From the IMG/VR virus record IMGVR_UViG_3300036944_000233: 64,000 nucleotides of DNA; one strand, given 5' to 3'. Positions 45,026 through 54,964 of the stretch are shown here, one piece after another. This stretch comes from an uncultured virus (IMG/VR IMGVR_UViG_3300036944_000233). Lineage: Duplodnaviria; Heunggongvirae; Uroviricota; Caudoviricetes. A program made the position numbers and the translations under genes. Position 1 is the first letter of the stretch. Each line of letters begins with the position of its first letter. Below the pieces are notes generated by a model, which was not told where the DNA came from, searched no databases, and saw only the letters and a list, made by a program, of their open reading frames with translations.

Positions 45026-46538
45026 AATTTCTCTAAAAGACATCGAACAGCTGATTGCGGCTGGAAAACTGTCCGAAAGTGACCTGCGCGTGCTTGAAGC
45101 GCAGTTAACCAAACTAGAGAAGTTAAAAGAACGTGAGCTTGCGCAGACCAGATTCATCAAATTTGTGGAAAAGGTCTGGCCAACATTCATTTCCGGTGCG
45201 CATCACAAGCGCATGTCCGATGCTTTCGAGCGAGTAGCCAATGGAACCTGTAAAAGACTCATCATCAACATGCCACCCCGACACACTAAGTCGGAGTTTG
45301 CGTCCTACCTTCTCCCCGCTTGGTTTCTGGGTAAGTTTCCTAATAAGAAGATTATTCAGTGCTCGAACACGGGCGAGCTGGCGGTAGGCTTTGGCCGTAA
45401 GGTGCGTAACTTGGTGGATACCGACACGTACCACGAAGTGTTTCCTGAGCTGTCTCTTTCAACTGACTCTAAAGCTGCGGGGCGGTGGAACACATCCAAG
45501 GGCGGCGACTATTTTGCGATCGGTGTGGGCGGTACGGTGACCGGTAAAGGTGCTGACGTGCTCATCATCGACGACCCACACTCAGAACAAGAAGCTGCCA
45601 TGGCGGCTACCAACCCCGACGTGTATGACAAAGTGTACGAGTGGTATACGTCAGGTCCGCGTCAGCGTTTGCAGCCGGGTGGGGCGATCGTCATCGTGAT
45701 GACCCGATGGGCGCAGAGAGATTTGACTGGCCAAGTAATTAAGTCCGCTGCTCAGCGTTCAGGCGAAGAGTGGGAGGTGATTGAGTTCCCAGCTATTCTG
45801 CCTAGTGGCAACCCGCTGTGGCCACAGTTCTGGTCCATCGAGGAGCTGGAGGCGCTGAAAGAAGAACTGCCTAATAGTAAGTGGCAGGCTCAGTACCAAC
45901 AAAACCCAGTGGGCAACGAGTCCGCTATTGTGAAGCGCGACTGGTGGCAGTGGTGGGAAGAGGACCGTCCGCCTGAGTGTGAGTACATCCTCCAGACTTG
46001 GGACACGGCGTTTGAGAAGCACCAGCGGGCTGACTATTCGGCAGGTACGACGTGGGGGGTGTTCACGCACCACAAGGACCACAGCAAGAACATCATCTTG
46101 CTCAATACATATAAGAAGCGCGTGGAGTGGGTTGACTTGAAAAAGGACGTGCTTAATGAGTACCGCGAGTACGAGCCTGACGGCCTGCTGATCGAGAAGA
46201 AGGCTACGGGTGCACCTCTGATCTATGAACTAAGAGCGATGGGCATACCGGTTCAAGAGTACACGCCAAGCAAGGGGCAGGACAAAATTGCCCGCTTGAA
46301 CTCGGTCTCAGACATAATTGCCAGCGGGAAAGTGTGGGTTCCCCGGACGCGCTGGGCGGAAGAGCTGGTCGATGAGATCGCTGCGTTCCCGTCCGGTGAA
46401 CACGATGACTTGGTTGATGCGACTACTTTAGCCTTGATGCGGTTTCGACAAGGTGGGTTTTTGCGTTTGCCGGTGGACGAGCCCGAGGAGATTCAATGGT
46501 TTAAGGGTCCCCGTAGGGATCGGTTCTACACAGTCTAA
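45018..46538 (+). CDS. terL: terminase large subunit
   Basis: INMPPRHTKSE, LIIDDP, MTRW, WDTAF, HDDLVD. Confidence 0.95.
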   Translation: MSEISLKDIEQLIAAGKLSESDLRVLEAQLTKLEKLKERELAQTRFIKFVEKVWPTFISGAHHKRMSDAFERVANGTCKRLIINMPPRHTKSEFASYLLPAWFLGKFPNKKIIQCSNTGELAVGFGRKVRNLVDTDTYHEVFPELSLSTDSKAAGRWNTSKGGDYFAIGVGGTVTGKGADVLIIDDPHSEQEAAMAATNPDVYDKVYEWYTSGPRQRLQPGGAIVIVMTRWAQRDLTGQVIKSAAQRSGEEWEVIEFPAILPSGNPLWPQFWSIEELEALKEELPNSKWQAQYQQNPVGNESAIVKRDWWQWWEEDRPPECEYILQTWDTAFEKHQRADYSAGTTWGVFTHHKDHSKNIILLNTYKKRVEWVDLKKDVLNEYREYEPDGLLIEKKATGAPLIYELRAMGIPVQEYTPSKGQDKIARLNSVSDIIASGKVWVPRTRWAEELVDEIAAFPSGEHDDLVDATTLALMRFRQGGFLRLPVDEPEEIQWFKGPRRDRFYTV

Positions 46539-46547
46539 GGATATATC

Positions 46548-49049
46548 ATGGCAATGGAAAAAGGTTTGTACGCAGCTCCAGTGGGTTTGAGCGACATGAT
46601 AGGTGACATGTCAGGCCCTCCTATCGAGATTGAGATCGAGGACCCAGAGAGTGTCTCTATCGGGGTTGGTGATTTTGAACTGGACATCGAGCCAAAAGAA
46701 GACACCGCCGAGGACTTTGATGCCAACTTGGCAGATTTCATGGACCAGAATGACTTGCAGTCGCTGGGCTCTGAGCTGGTCAGTGATTTCACCAAGGACA
46801 TCGGCGATCGCAAAGAGTGGATGCAGACGTATGTGGATGGCCTGAAGCTGCTGGGCCTGAAGTACGAGGACCGTACTGAGCCATGGCAAGGCGCGTGCGG
46901 TGTGTTCCACCCCATGCTGACTGAGTCTGTTGTAAGGTTTCAGTCAGAAGCCATGACCGAGACGTTCCCAGCGCAGGGTCCTGTCAAGACGAACATCATT
47001 GGCAAAGACACCCCACAGGTGCAGGACGCCGCTAACCGGGTGCGCGAGGACATGAATTACCAGCTCACCGAGGTGATGACTGAGTATCGCCCTGAGCATG
47101 AGAAGCTGTTGTGGAATTTGCCATTGGCCGGTAGCGCGTTCAAGAAGGTCTACTATGACCCGAGCAAAGGACGCCAAGCAGCGATGTTCATTCCCGCTGA
47201 GGACATCGTGGTGCCGTACGGCGCATCTAACCTTGAATCTGCCGAGCGCGTCACGCACGTCATGCGTAAGTCGCCGAACGAGATTCTGAAGTTGCAGGAC
47301 GCTGGGTTTTACTGCGACGTGGACTTGGGCGAGCCATCAAACGAGCTGGACGACATCGAGAAGCAGAAGGCTGAAGAGATGGGCATGACCGCTACGCATG
47401 ACGAGCGGTTCCGTATTCTTGAGATGCACGTTGACTTGGACCTCAAGGGCTTTGAGCATAAGGGCAAAGACAAAAAGCCCACGGGCATTGCACTGCCCTA
47501 CGTGGTGACGGTTGAGAAGGGCACCGGTAAGATTTTGGCTATTCGTAGGAATTGGTATGACGGCGACGAACTCCATACAAAACGACAGCACTTTGTGCAC
47601 TACCAATACATCCCCGGCTTTGGCTTCTACGGGTACGGCCTCATTCACCTTATCGGTGGGTATGCTAAGTCTGCCACTATGCTTATTCGTCAGCTTGTTG
47701 ATGCTGGCACGTTGTCAAACCTCCCCGGCGGACTTAAGTCCCGCGGCCTCCGCATCAAAGGGGACGATACTCCGATTGCCCCCGGCGAGTTCCGAGACGT
47801 GGATGTGCCCTCCGGCTCGATCCGTGACAACATCCTGCCACTGCCCTACAAAGAGCCAAGCCAAGTCCTGTACACCCTTTTCGACCGTATAGTTCAAGAA
47901 GGTCGTGCGTTTGCTTCGAGTGGGGATATGAAGGTGAGCGACATGTCGTCGCAAGCCCCAGTGGGTACCACTCTGGCCATCCTTGAGCGCACACTGAAGG
48001 TGATGACCGCGGTTCAGGCCCGCCTGCACTACGCGATGAAGATGGAGTTCAAACTCCTGAAGGTCATCATTGCTGACTACACCCCAGAGTCGTACGACTA
48101 CGAGCCAGAAGAAGGCGATCGTTCGGTGAAGAAAGCCGACTACGACTTGGTTGACGTTATTCCCGTGAGCGACCCCAACGCGGCCACGATGGCGCAGAAG
48201 ATTGTGCAGTATCAAGCGGTGTTGCAGCTGGCCCAGAGCGCTCCGAACTTGTACAACTTGCCGCTCTTGCACCGCCAGATGATTGAGATTTTGGGTATCA
48301 AGAACGCTTCCAAACTTGTGCCTATGGAGGAAGATGCAATTCCTGTAGACCCAGTGTCGGAGAACCAAGCGGTGCTCAACGGCAAGCCGGTCAAGGCGTT
48401 CATCCAGCAGAACCACGAAGCGCACATCCAAGTGCACATGGCTGCGATCCAGAGCCCCAAGGTCCAGCAGTTGTTGCAGATGAACCCCGCGGCGCAAAGC
48501 ATCATGGCCGCAGCGATGGCGCACATTAACGAGCACATTGCACTGGAGATGCGCAAACAGATCGAGATGGCGATGGGTATGCCACTGCCGACCGAGGAGC
48601 AAAACAAGCAGGTTCCCCCAGAGCTGGCAGACAAGATTGCCATGATGGCAGCACAAGCGTCACAGCAGATTCTCCAGAGAGATCAGCAACAAGCTCAGCA
48701 GCAGCAAGCCGCGCAGCAAGCTCAAGACCCTGTTGTGCAGATGCAACAGCAAGAGCTCCAGATCAAGCAGCAAGAGCTTCAGCTCAAGCAGCAGAAGCAA
48801 CAGATTGACGCCGCGGCCAAGGCCGACCAACTGCGGATTGAAGAGTCACGCATCGAGGCCCAGAAAGAAATTGCAGCCATGCAGGTAGGTGCTACCGCTG
48901 CCGCTGCTCGCGACAGACTCAAGCAACAGATGGAGGCCGATGGTGTTCGGATGGGCCTCGACGCAGCCAAGCATAAAGCTCAGATGGCACAGCAAGCACG
49001 TCAGCAGTCTAGCCAGAACAACAAACCTCCTAAGAAGGAGAGCAAATGA
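46548..49049 (+). CDS. portal protein (P22-like, with Gln-rich barrel)
   Basis: 833 aa directly after terL; GSAFKKVYYD, GFYGYGLIHL; C-terminal Gln-rich coiled coil. Confidence 0.9.
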   Translation: MAMEKGLYAAPVGLSDMIGDMSGPPIEIEIEDPESVSIGVGDFELDIEPKEDTAEDFDANLADFMDQNDLQSLGSELVSDFTKDIGDRKEWMQTYVDGLKLLGLKYEDRTEPWQGACGVFHPMLTESVVRFQSEAMTETFPAQGPVKTNIIGKDTPQVQDAANRVREDMNYQLTEVMTEYRPEHEKLLWNLPLAGSAFKKVYYDPSKGRQAAMFIPAEDIVVPYGASNLESAERVTHVMRKSPNEILKLQDAGFYCDVDLGEPSNELDDIEKQKAEEMGMTATHDERFRILEMHVDLDLKGFEHKGKDKKPTGIALPYVVTVEKGTGKILAIRRNWYDGDELHTKRQHFVHYQYIPGFGFYGYGLIHLIGGYAKSATMLIRQLVDAGTLSNLPGGLKSRGLRIKGDDTPIAPGEFRDVDVPSGSIRDNILPLPYKEPSQVLYTLFDRIVQEGRAFASSGDMKVSDMSSQAPVGTTLAILERTLKVMTAVQARLHYAMKMEFKLLKVIIADYTPESYDYEPEEGDRSVKKADYDLVDVIPVSDPNAATMAQKIVQYQAVLQLAQSAPNLYNLPLLHRQMIEILGIKNASKLVPMEEDAIPVDPVSENQAVLNGKPVKAFIQQNHEAHIQVHMAAIQSPKVQQLLQMNPAAQSIMAAAMAHINEHIALEMRKQIEMAMGMPLPTEEQNKQVPPELADKIAMMAAQASQQILQRDQQQAQQQQAAQQAQDPVVQMQQQELQIKQQELQLKQQKQQIDAAAKADQLRIEESRIEAQKEIAAMQVGATAAAARDRLKQQMEADGVRMGLDAAKHKAQMAQQARQQSSQNNKPPKKESK

Positions 49050-49243
49050 AGGACTATCAGATTCTGGCCTATACGGTCAAACAACTTGTAGAACAGCGTG
49101 GCACTTACGAGAACGCGGTCAACCGCGGCAACGCCAAGGACCATGCTGAATACAAACACCTCTGCGGGCTTATCCAAGGTCTAAAGCAAGCAGAGGACAT
49201 CATTAACGACCTTGTGCAAAAAATGGAGAAGTCCGATGATTGA
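49046..49243 (+). CDS. small head-module protein
   Basis: EYKHLCGLIQGL; coupled. Confidence 0.7.
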   Translation: MKDYQILAYTVKQLVEQRGTYENAVNRGNAKDHAEYKHLCGLIQGLKQAEDIINDLVQKMEKSDD

Positions 49244-49646
49244 ATTTGATACTTCGGCGATTGACCTGTCTGGTATTTTGAATAAGAACACCGAGGACAA
49301 AGCCAAGCAACTGCCTGACCCAAAAACCTTTCACCTTCTGTGCGTCGTACCAGAAGCGATGGAAGAGTATGCGGACAGTGAAGTGGGCATCATCAAGGCT
49401 GGCCAGTCCATGCACTACGAGGAGGTTTTGACCCCCGTTTTGTTTGTGGTGAAGGTTGGCCCTGACGCCTATGCGGACAAGACCCGGTTCCCTAGTGGGC
49501 CGAGCTGCAAGCAGGGTGACTTTGTCATCGTGCGCCCCAATTCAGGCACCCGCTTGAAAATCCACGGTCGCGAGTTCCGCATCATCAATGATGATTCGGT
49601 TGAGGCCGTTGTCGAAGACCCGCGTGGCGTTAGCCGCGCTGCATAA
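49236..49646 (+). CDS. GroES/Cpn10-like co-chaperonin
   Basis: VVKVGPDAY...CKQGDFV...GREFRIINDDSVEAVV. Confidence 0.8.
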   Translation: MIEFDTSAIDLSGILNKNTEDKAKQLPDPKTFHLLCVVPEAMEEYADSEVGIIKAGQSMHYEEVLTPVLFVVKVGPDAYADKTRFPSGPSCKQGDFVIVRPNSGTRLKIHGREFRIINDDSVEAVVEDPRGVSRAA

Positions 49647-49655
49647 GGAGTAAGC

Positions 49656-50654
49656 ATGGCTAAATTTGGTGAAGATTTTGAGTTTCCTGACGAGAAGGAA
49701 GCCAAAGGCGCAAAAAATACTGAAGACGACGGTCTTGACATCGATATCGAGGACGATACACCTCCCGCAGATCGTGGCCGCAAGCCCATGAAAGAACCAG
49801 TGGAAGACCCCACTGAAGATGAACTTGCCTCATATGATGAGAAGGTTCAGGCCCGCATTAAGAAGTTCACTCGTGGTTACCACGACGAGCGACGTGCTAA
49901 AGAAGAAGCCGTGCGTGAACGCGAGGCCGCTGAAACATTTGCCCGTCAGGTGTTTGAGGAGAACAAAAAACTCCAACAACAGTTATCCACAGGCAGTAAA
50001 GCCTATATCGAGACCTCCAAATCTGCCGCTGAAACCGAGCTGCAAGCAGCCAAGCGCCGGTTTAAAGAAGCCTATGATTCGGGGGATTCTGACGCATTGG
50101 CTGATGCACAGGCAGATGTTGCACAAGCTACTCTAAAACTCGATCGCGCTACTACTATGAAGCCGATTGAAGTTGAAGAGAAGGAATACAAAACCGCCGC
50201 ACCCCAAGCAGAAACTTCTAAGCTCAGTCCACGCACGCAGCGTTGGGTCGAGTCCAATAAAGATTGGTGGGGTAAGGACGACGAAATGACTATGGCCGCA
50301 ATGGGTCTTGACAAGAAGTTACAGCGCGAGTATGGTTCTGACTACGTTGGTAGTGATGAGTACTTTAAAACTATCGACCGCACTATGCGCAAGCGTTTTC
50401 CCGAGCACTTTGAAAGTGAGCGGAGCGATGAGGAAGAAAATGACCCGCCTCCACGAAAGAGGTCAGAACCGGCTTACGAGGATGAACCTCCACGCCGTGC
50501 AACAAAACCCGCTGCCGTTGTAGCTCCGGCTTCACGCAGCACCCCGCCTAGTCGTATGCGACTGAAGGCATCCGAAGCAGCGATCGCTCGCCGTCTTGGG
50601 GTTCCTTTGGAGCTTTACGCCAAACAGGTTGCCATGCTTAATAGAGGTGAATAA
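49656..50654 (+). CDS. scaffolding protein (putative)
   Basis: Acidic coiled coil ending IARRLGVPLELYAKQ. Confidence 0.75.
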   Translation: MAKFGEDFEFPDEKEAKGAKNTEDDGLDIDIEDDTPPADRGRKPMKEPVEDPTEDELASYDEKVQARIKKFTRGYHDERRAKEEAVREREAAETFARQVFEENKKLQQQLSTGSKAYIETSKSAAETELQAAKRRFKEAYDSGDSDALADAQADVAQATLKLDRATTMKPIEVEEKEYKTAAPQAETSKLSPRTQRWVESNKDWWGKDDEMTMAAMGLDKKLQREYGSDYVGSDEYFKTIDRTMRKRFPEHFESERSDEEENDPPPRKRSEPAYEDEPPRRATKPAAVVAPASRSTPPSRMRLKASEAAIARRLGVPLELYAKQVAMLNRGE

Positions 50655-50656
50655 AT

Positions 50657-51127
50657 ATGACTGAAGTTCAAACCAAACCGCAGAATCGGATGGCTCGTGA
50701 GTTGGATTCCCGTGAAGTGACGTTCCAACGTCCTAAAGCGTGGCGTGCACCCGAGACTTTGCCAATGCCCGACGAACGTCCGGGCTGGACGCATCGCTAT
50801 GTCCGAATCAGCATGATGGGTCAAGCTGACGCCAGTAATATCTCTAGTAAGTTTCGCGAAGGGTACGAACCCGTAAAAGCGGACGAATATCCCGAGCTCA
50901 TGATGCACGCTACCACTGAAGGCCGTTTTAAAGGCGGTATTGAAGTGGGTGGACTGTTGCTCTGCCGTATTCCTTCAGAGTTCCTTAAACAGCGCGAGGC
51001 TTATTACTCCGCGCAGAACAAGGCTCAGATGGATTCAGTGGACAACGCTTTCCTTCGTGAGAGCGACCCTCGGATGCAGAAGTTTTCTGAACGAAGCACC
51101 AAGGTCACTTTCGGTTCTGGTTCCTAA
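50657..51127 (+). CDS. head-module structural protein
   Basis: REGYEPV...IEVGGLLLCRIP. Confidence 0.75.
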   Translation: MTEVQTKPQNRMARELDSREVTFQRPKAWRAPETLPMPDERPGWTHRYVRISMMGQADASNISSKFREGYEPVKADEYPELMMHATTEGRFKGGIEVGGLLLCRIPSEFLKQREAYYSAQNKAQMDSVDNAFLRESDPRMQKFSERSTKVTFGSGS

Positions 51128-51145
51128 TTTTTCAAGGAGTCTTAA

Positions 51146-51997
51146 ATGGCTTATCCAACGGTTGCGGCCCCCTACGGCCTGAAACCGGTCAATTTGATCG
51201 GCGGGCAAGTTTTTGCGGGTTCTACTCGCAGTTTGCCTATTCAATACGGCTACGGCACGAACATCTTCTATGGTGATTTTGTGGTGTTGTCGCGTGGTTT
51301 TATCACCCGCGCTGCCGTCTCTACTGGTACCGCCGTCAATCAAGTGACCGGTATCTTCTTGGGCGTGTCGTTCACCAACCCAATTACCAAGCAAAAGCAA
51401 TTCCAGCAGTTCTGGCCCGCGTCTACGCTGGCTGGCGATGCTGAGGCAATTATCTGCGACGATCCTGACACCGTCTTCAAGGCTGTTGTCTGCTCGGCAA
51501 CGACTGTTGTTGCTTCTGGTGCCTTGGCCATGATTGGCACCAACCTGTCGATGGTGGACAACGCCTCTGTGGCTTCCAGCCTGAGCACTGGCAACTCTGC
51601 AAACGCTGTCTTGGCTCCTACAGCCACCCCCGCCACCACGATCCTGCCGGTTCGTTGCGTTGGCCTTGTGACTGACACAGCCATCACCGTGTCTGCCTCG
51701 GGTAGCTCGAGCTCCACAACCATTACCTTGACTGGTACTGGCTTGCCTATCGCGATCCCAATTGGCACCAGCGTGGGTTACCTTGCCTCCAACGGCCAGA
51801 TGATCAACACAGGTTCGTTTGTGACTGCTGCCGCTTCTGCCGGTGCCACTTCGGTGACTATCAACGCTCAGCCAACCGTGCTGGGTTCTGGTACAAACAT
51901 CCCATCGGCGTCCACAATCACGTTCACTCAGTACCCAGAAATTCTGGTGAAGGTGAACTTGTTGGTGCACGGCTACTACAGTTCTGCAACCGCCTAA
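51146..51997 (+). CDS. capsid decoration / cement protein (putative)
   Basis: APYGLKPV...IFYGD...DDPDTVF; directly before the major capsid gene. Confidence 0.7.
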   Translation: MAYPTVAAPYGLKPVNLIGGQVFAGSTRSLPIQYGYGTNIFYGDFVVLSRGFITRAAVSTGTAVNQVTGIFLGVSFTNPITKQKQFQQFWPASTLAGDAEAIICDDPDTVFKAVVCSATTVVASGALAMIGTNLSMVDNASVASSLSTGNSANAVLAPTATPATTILPVRCVGLVTDTAITVSASGSSSSTTITLTGTGLPIAIPIGTSVGYLASNGQMINTGSFVTAAASAGATSVTINAQPTVLGSGTNIPSASTITFTQYPEILVKVNLLVHGYYSSATA

Positions 51998-52013
51998 TAA
52001 GGAGTAATTCAAA

Positions 52014-52925
52014 ATGGCTATTTCACGCGCACAACTTTTGAAGGAACTCCTGCCGGGCCTGAACGCATTGTTCGGTTTGGAGTACGCACGCTACGGCGAA
52101 GAGCACAAGGAAATCTACGAGACTGAGACTTCCGAGCGTTCTTTTGAAGAAGAAACCAAACTGTCTGGCTTCTCCGCAGCACCTGTTAAGAGCGAAGGTT
52201 CCGCCATCGCTTACGACAACGCTCAAGAAGCATGGACCACTCGCTACAACCACGAGACCATTGCCTTGGGTTTCTCGATCACCGAAGAGGCGATCGAAGA
52301 TAACTTGTATGACAGCTTGTCTGCTCGTTACACCAAGGGTCTGGCTCGTGCCATGGCCTACACCAAGCAGGTTAAAGCTGCTGCTACTCTGAACAACGGT
52401 TTTTCGGCAGCTTATGCTGGCGGCGACGGCGTTGCTTTGTTTAGCACTGCTCACCCTCTGGTCAACGGCGACCGCAACAGCAACACTCCCGCTACCCAAG
52501 CTGACCTGAACGAGACTTCTTTGGAAGCCGCCGTTATCCAGATCGCTGCTTGGACAGACGAGCGTGGTTTGCTGATTGCCGCTAAGCCTAAGAAGCTGAT
52601 CGTTCCCCCAAGCCTGCAATTCGTTGCTACTCGTCTGTTGGAAACCGAACTCCGCGTCGGTACTAACAACAACGACCTCAACGCGATCAAGAGCAATGGC
52701 GCTATCCCTGATGGCTACACCATTAACCACTTCTTGACCGACAACAACGCTTGGTTCTTGACGACTGACGTTCCAAACGGCTTGAAGCATTTCGTGCGTA
52801 CTCCGTTGCAAAACTCCATGGATGGTGATTTCGACACAGGCAACGTACGTTACAAGGCCCGCGAGCGATATTCTTTTGGTTGGAGCGATCCATTGGGCGT
52901 CTTCGGTTCCAGCGGTTCCTTCTGA
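52014..52925 (+). CDS. major capsid protein
   Basis: ISRAQLLKELLPGLNALFG...GDGVALFSTAHP...RYKARERYSFGWSD; strong RBS and a terminator downstream. Confidence 0.92.
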   Translation: MAISRAQLLKELLPGLNALFGLEYARYGEEHKEIYETETSERSFEEETKLSGFSAAPVKSEGSAIAYDNAQEAWTTRYNHETIALGFSITEEAIEDNLYDSLSARYTKGLARAMAYTKQVKAAATLNNGFSAAYAGGDGVALFSTAHPLVNGDRNSNTPATQADLNETSLEAAVIQIAAWTDERGLLIAAKPKKLIVPPSLQFVATRLLETELRVGTNNNDLNAIKSNGAIPDGYTINHFLTDNNAWFLTTDVPNGLKHFVRTPLQNSMDGDFDTGNVRYKARERYSFGWSDPLGVFGSSGSF

Positions 52926-52950
52926 TAAAAGAAACCAAAGCTCTACAAGA

Positions 52951-52972
52951 GAGGCCCTTCGGGGCCTTTTTT
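52951..52972 (+). terminator. Rho-independent terminator
   Basis: AGGCCC-TTCG-GGGCCT-TTTTT. Confidence 0.9.
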
Positions 52973-53039
52973 GCGCGTGTTGACTTGTACCACACATCCT
53001 GTATACTACGGGCTTTCTAGCTTTATACCGGAGATACAA

Positions 53040-53861
53040 ATGGCAGTCATCTACCAAATCACCAACATGGTCAATGGCAAATATTACATAGGCAGTGCGG
53101 AGTCTTTTGCCCGTCGGGAGTGGCAGCACAAGTACGACCTGAAACGCAACGCACACAAGAACCCCCGCCTGCAAGCTGCGTGGAACAAGTATGGTGCCGA
53201 GGCGTTTGTGTTTGAAGTGCTGGAAACTGTGCCGGAGGACGTGTCTGTTTTTGATTGTGAGAATTTGTACCTGCACACGCATGTCGGCAAGCCCGAGTGC
53301 TACAACGTCAACACAGATGCCATAGGCATGCGCACAGGAGTTTTGCACACGCAAGCAAGCAAAGACAAGGTGAGCGTCAACAGAAAAGGCAAACACGCAG
53401 GCGCAGAGCATTATCGTTACGGGCAAGAAGTTTCAGCTGAAGTCCGGGAGAAAATAGGCGCAGCCCAACGCGGGGTTTCAAAAGGCCCCCGTACCTTCAC
53501 ACCTGAAGGTTTGGCGCGGGCAAAAGAAAACATGCAGCGCAACGCCAAGCCGCAGGTGCCCGCCGACTTTGAAGCGGTCCACGCCAAGTTCCCTGCTGAC
53601 GTTCAGGCCAAGTACGACTTTACTAACGCGGTCTATACCGGCGCACTGGTCAGGATTGAGGGAGTGTTCTGTGAACAGCACGGCACGTTCTCTCAGTACG
53701 CCGCTCGTTTCAGAAAAGGAGCTGGGTGCCCCGAGTGCGGCGCTGAGCAACGGGCGCAGTCAAAAAAAGCGCAAATGCTGGAAGAGTGGGCAACGCCAGA
53801 AGGCCGAGAAAAGATGCTAGCCGCTCGAAGGAGGAAGGTTGCGCAGACCCCTCTTCAGTGA
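53040..53861 (+). mobile_element. free-standing GIY-YIG homing endonuclease gene
   Basis: VIYQITN...YYIGSA...R...H; NUMOD3-like repeats; C-terminal CEQH...CPEC; own promoter TTGACT-16-TATACT at 52980-53007. Confidence 0.88.
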
Positions 53862-53867
53862 TATATT
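53839..53867 (+). promoter_or_regulatory. promoter for the downstream structural genes
   Basis: TTGCGC-17-TATATT with TGn extension. Confidence 0.55.
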
Positions 53868-53873
53868 GCTTTT

Positions 53874-53949
53874 ATCTGGGTGATCCGCCTTACCACCACT
53901 GCCCCAGCAGACGATGCAACGATCGGTAAGGTATCTTTTGCATAAGGAG
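53874..53949 (+). ncRNA. structured 5' leader, predicted double pseudoknot
   Basis: Interleaved helices CTGGG/CCCAG, CCTTACC/GGTAAGG and ATGCAA/TTGCAT, ending at RBS AAGGAG. Confidence 0.55.
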
Positions 53950-53955
53950 TTCCAC

Positions 53956-54651
53956 ATGGGACGCTCAACTTTCGAAGGCCCGATTCTTTCTGGCGACAAC
54001 CGTTTTGGCCCCCTGCGTAATGTGGGCTACGCCATGCTGGCTCAGCACATTGACATCAACTTGGCCACCACAACCCCTTACACCGCCGCTTACAGTGGCG
54101 GCTCTGGTGTCTTTGTAAACGGCAACGGCATTCCAAACGCACCTGCTATTGTTTACACCCCCGGCACATCGACCTATGCTCCTGTGGCCATCCCCGCAGA
54201 TTCGGCCACCAACGTGTATCGTGGTGTGGTTTGCTATTTGCCAGCTGGTTGTGACTTTGACGGCGTGAACGTGGACTGCCAGACTGTTGTGGCTGTTGCA
54301 GGCGGCACTGCTTCCCTGACCTCTGCCACCGTGTACGTGTCCAACAACTACACCGCAGCCGCCGGTACAGCCACCTATTTCAACACTGGTGCCATCAGCG
54401 CCGTGGGTCGTCAAGCGCTGTCTACGTTCACTGCAACGCAGGTCACCAACCAGTCAACCACATCGACTGACATCATCCAGCCTAACGGGCAGCCAAACCT
54501 GTCTCAAGTGGTCATCACTTTGGCCATCGTCGGCACAACCTTGGACACAAGAACCTCCTTGACGGGCGCGTTCTCGTTCTTTGTTCGATACATCCAAAAA
54601 GATGGAAACATTGGCACCACCACTGCTTACCCATACGGCAACTTTGACTGA
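53956..54651 (+). CDS. virion structural protein
   Basis: MGRSTFEGPI N-terminus; Thr/Ala-rich beta protein. Confidence 0.75.
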   Translation: MGRSTFEGPILSGDNRFGPLRNVGYAMLAQHIDINLATTTPYTAAYSGGSGVFVNGNGIPNAPAIVYTPGTSTYAPVAIPADSATNVYRGVVCYLPAGCDFDGVNVDCQTVVAVAGGTASLTSATVYVSNNYTAAAGTATYFNTGAISAVGRQALSTFTATQVTNQSTTSTDIIQPNGQPNLSQVVITLAIVGTTLDTRTSLTGAFSFFVRYIQKDGNIGTTTAYPYGNFD

Positions 54652-54664
54652 TTGATGCAGTCTT

Positions 54665-54678
54665 GGGGCTTCGGCCCC
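54665..54678 (+). terminator. UUCG-type hairpin, weak terminator or stabiliser
   Basis: GGGGC-TTCG-GCCCC followed by an interrupted T tract. Confidence 0.5.
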
Positions 54679-54700
54679 GTTCTTAATTTAAGGAGCCGTC

Positions 54701-54955
54701 ATGGGTAAATTGACAAACTTCAGCCCCACGTTTCCGATGTTTCCGGGCGATGCCGCGCTGGTCACGCCAAGCGACGTGGCCACGTTCAATCCGTCCGTGC
54801 TGTACATCGGTGGCACGGGCAACGTGCGCGTGCTGACAGCGCAGGGCACAGACATCGTGTTCTCAGCCATACCTGCTGGTTTCATCTTGCCTGTTCAGGT
54901 GATTCAGGTGTTTGCAACCAACACCACTGCGACCAGCATCGCACGCATCTACTAA
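54701..54955 (+). CDS. head-spike base protein-like (RcGTA Rcc01079-like)
   Basis: VTPSD...LYIGGTGNVRV...PAGFILPVQVIQVFATNTTA. Confidence 0.7.
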   Translation: MGKLTNFSPTFPMFPGDAALVTPSDVATFNPSVLYIGGTGNVRVLTAQGTDIVFSAIPAGFILPVQVIQVFATNTTATSIARIY

Positions 54956-54964
54956 GGTCTGATC

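Noticed and set aside
24380..46538. Introns or inteins in polA, helicase or terL
   Set aside because: The ORFs are continuous, of normal length, and show no intein terminal motifs.
52023..53426. 467-aa minus-strand ORF, and similar long antisense ORFs at 47715-48656, 51035-52012 and 6168-6941
   Set aside because: Antisense shadows of strongly codon-biased genes; no RBS or recognisable motifs.
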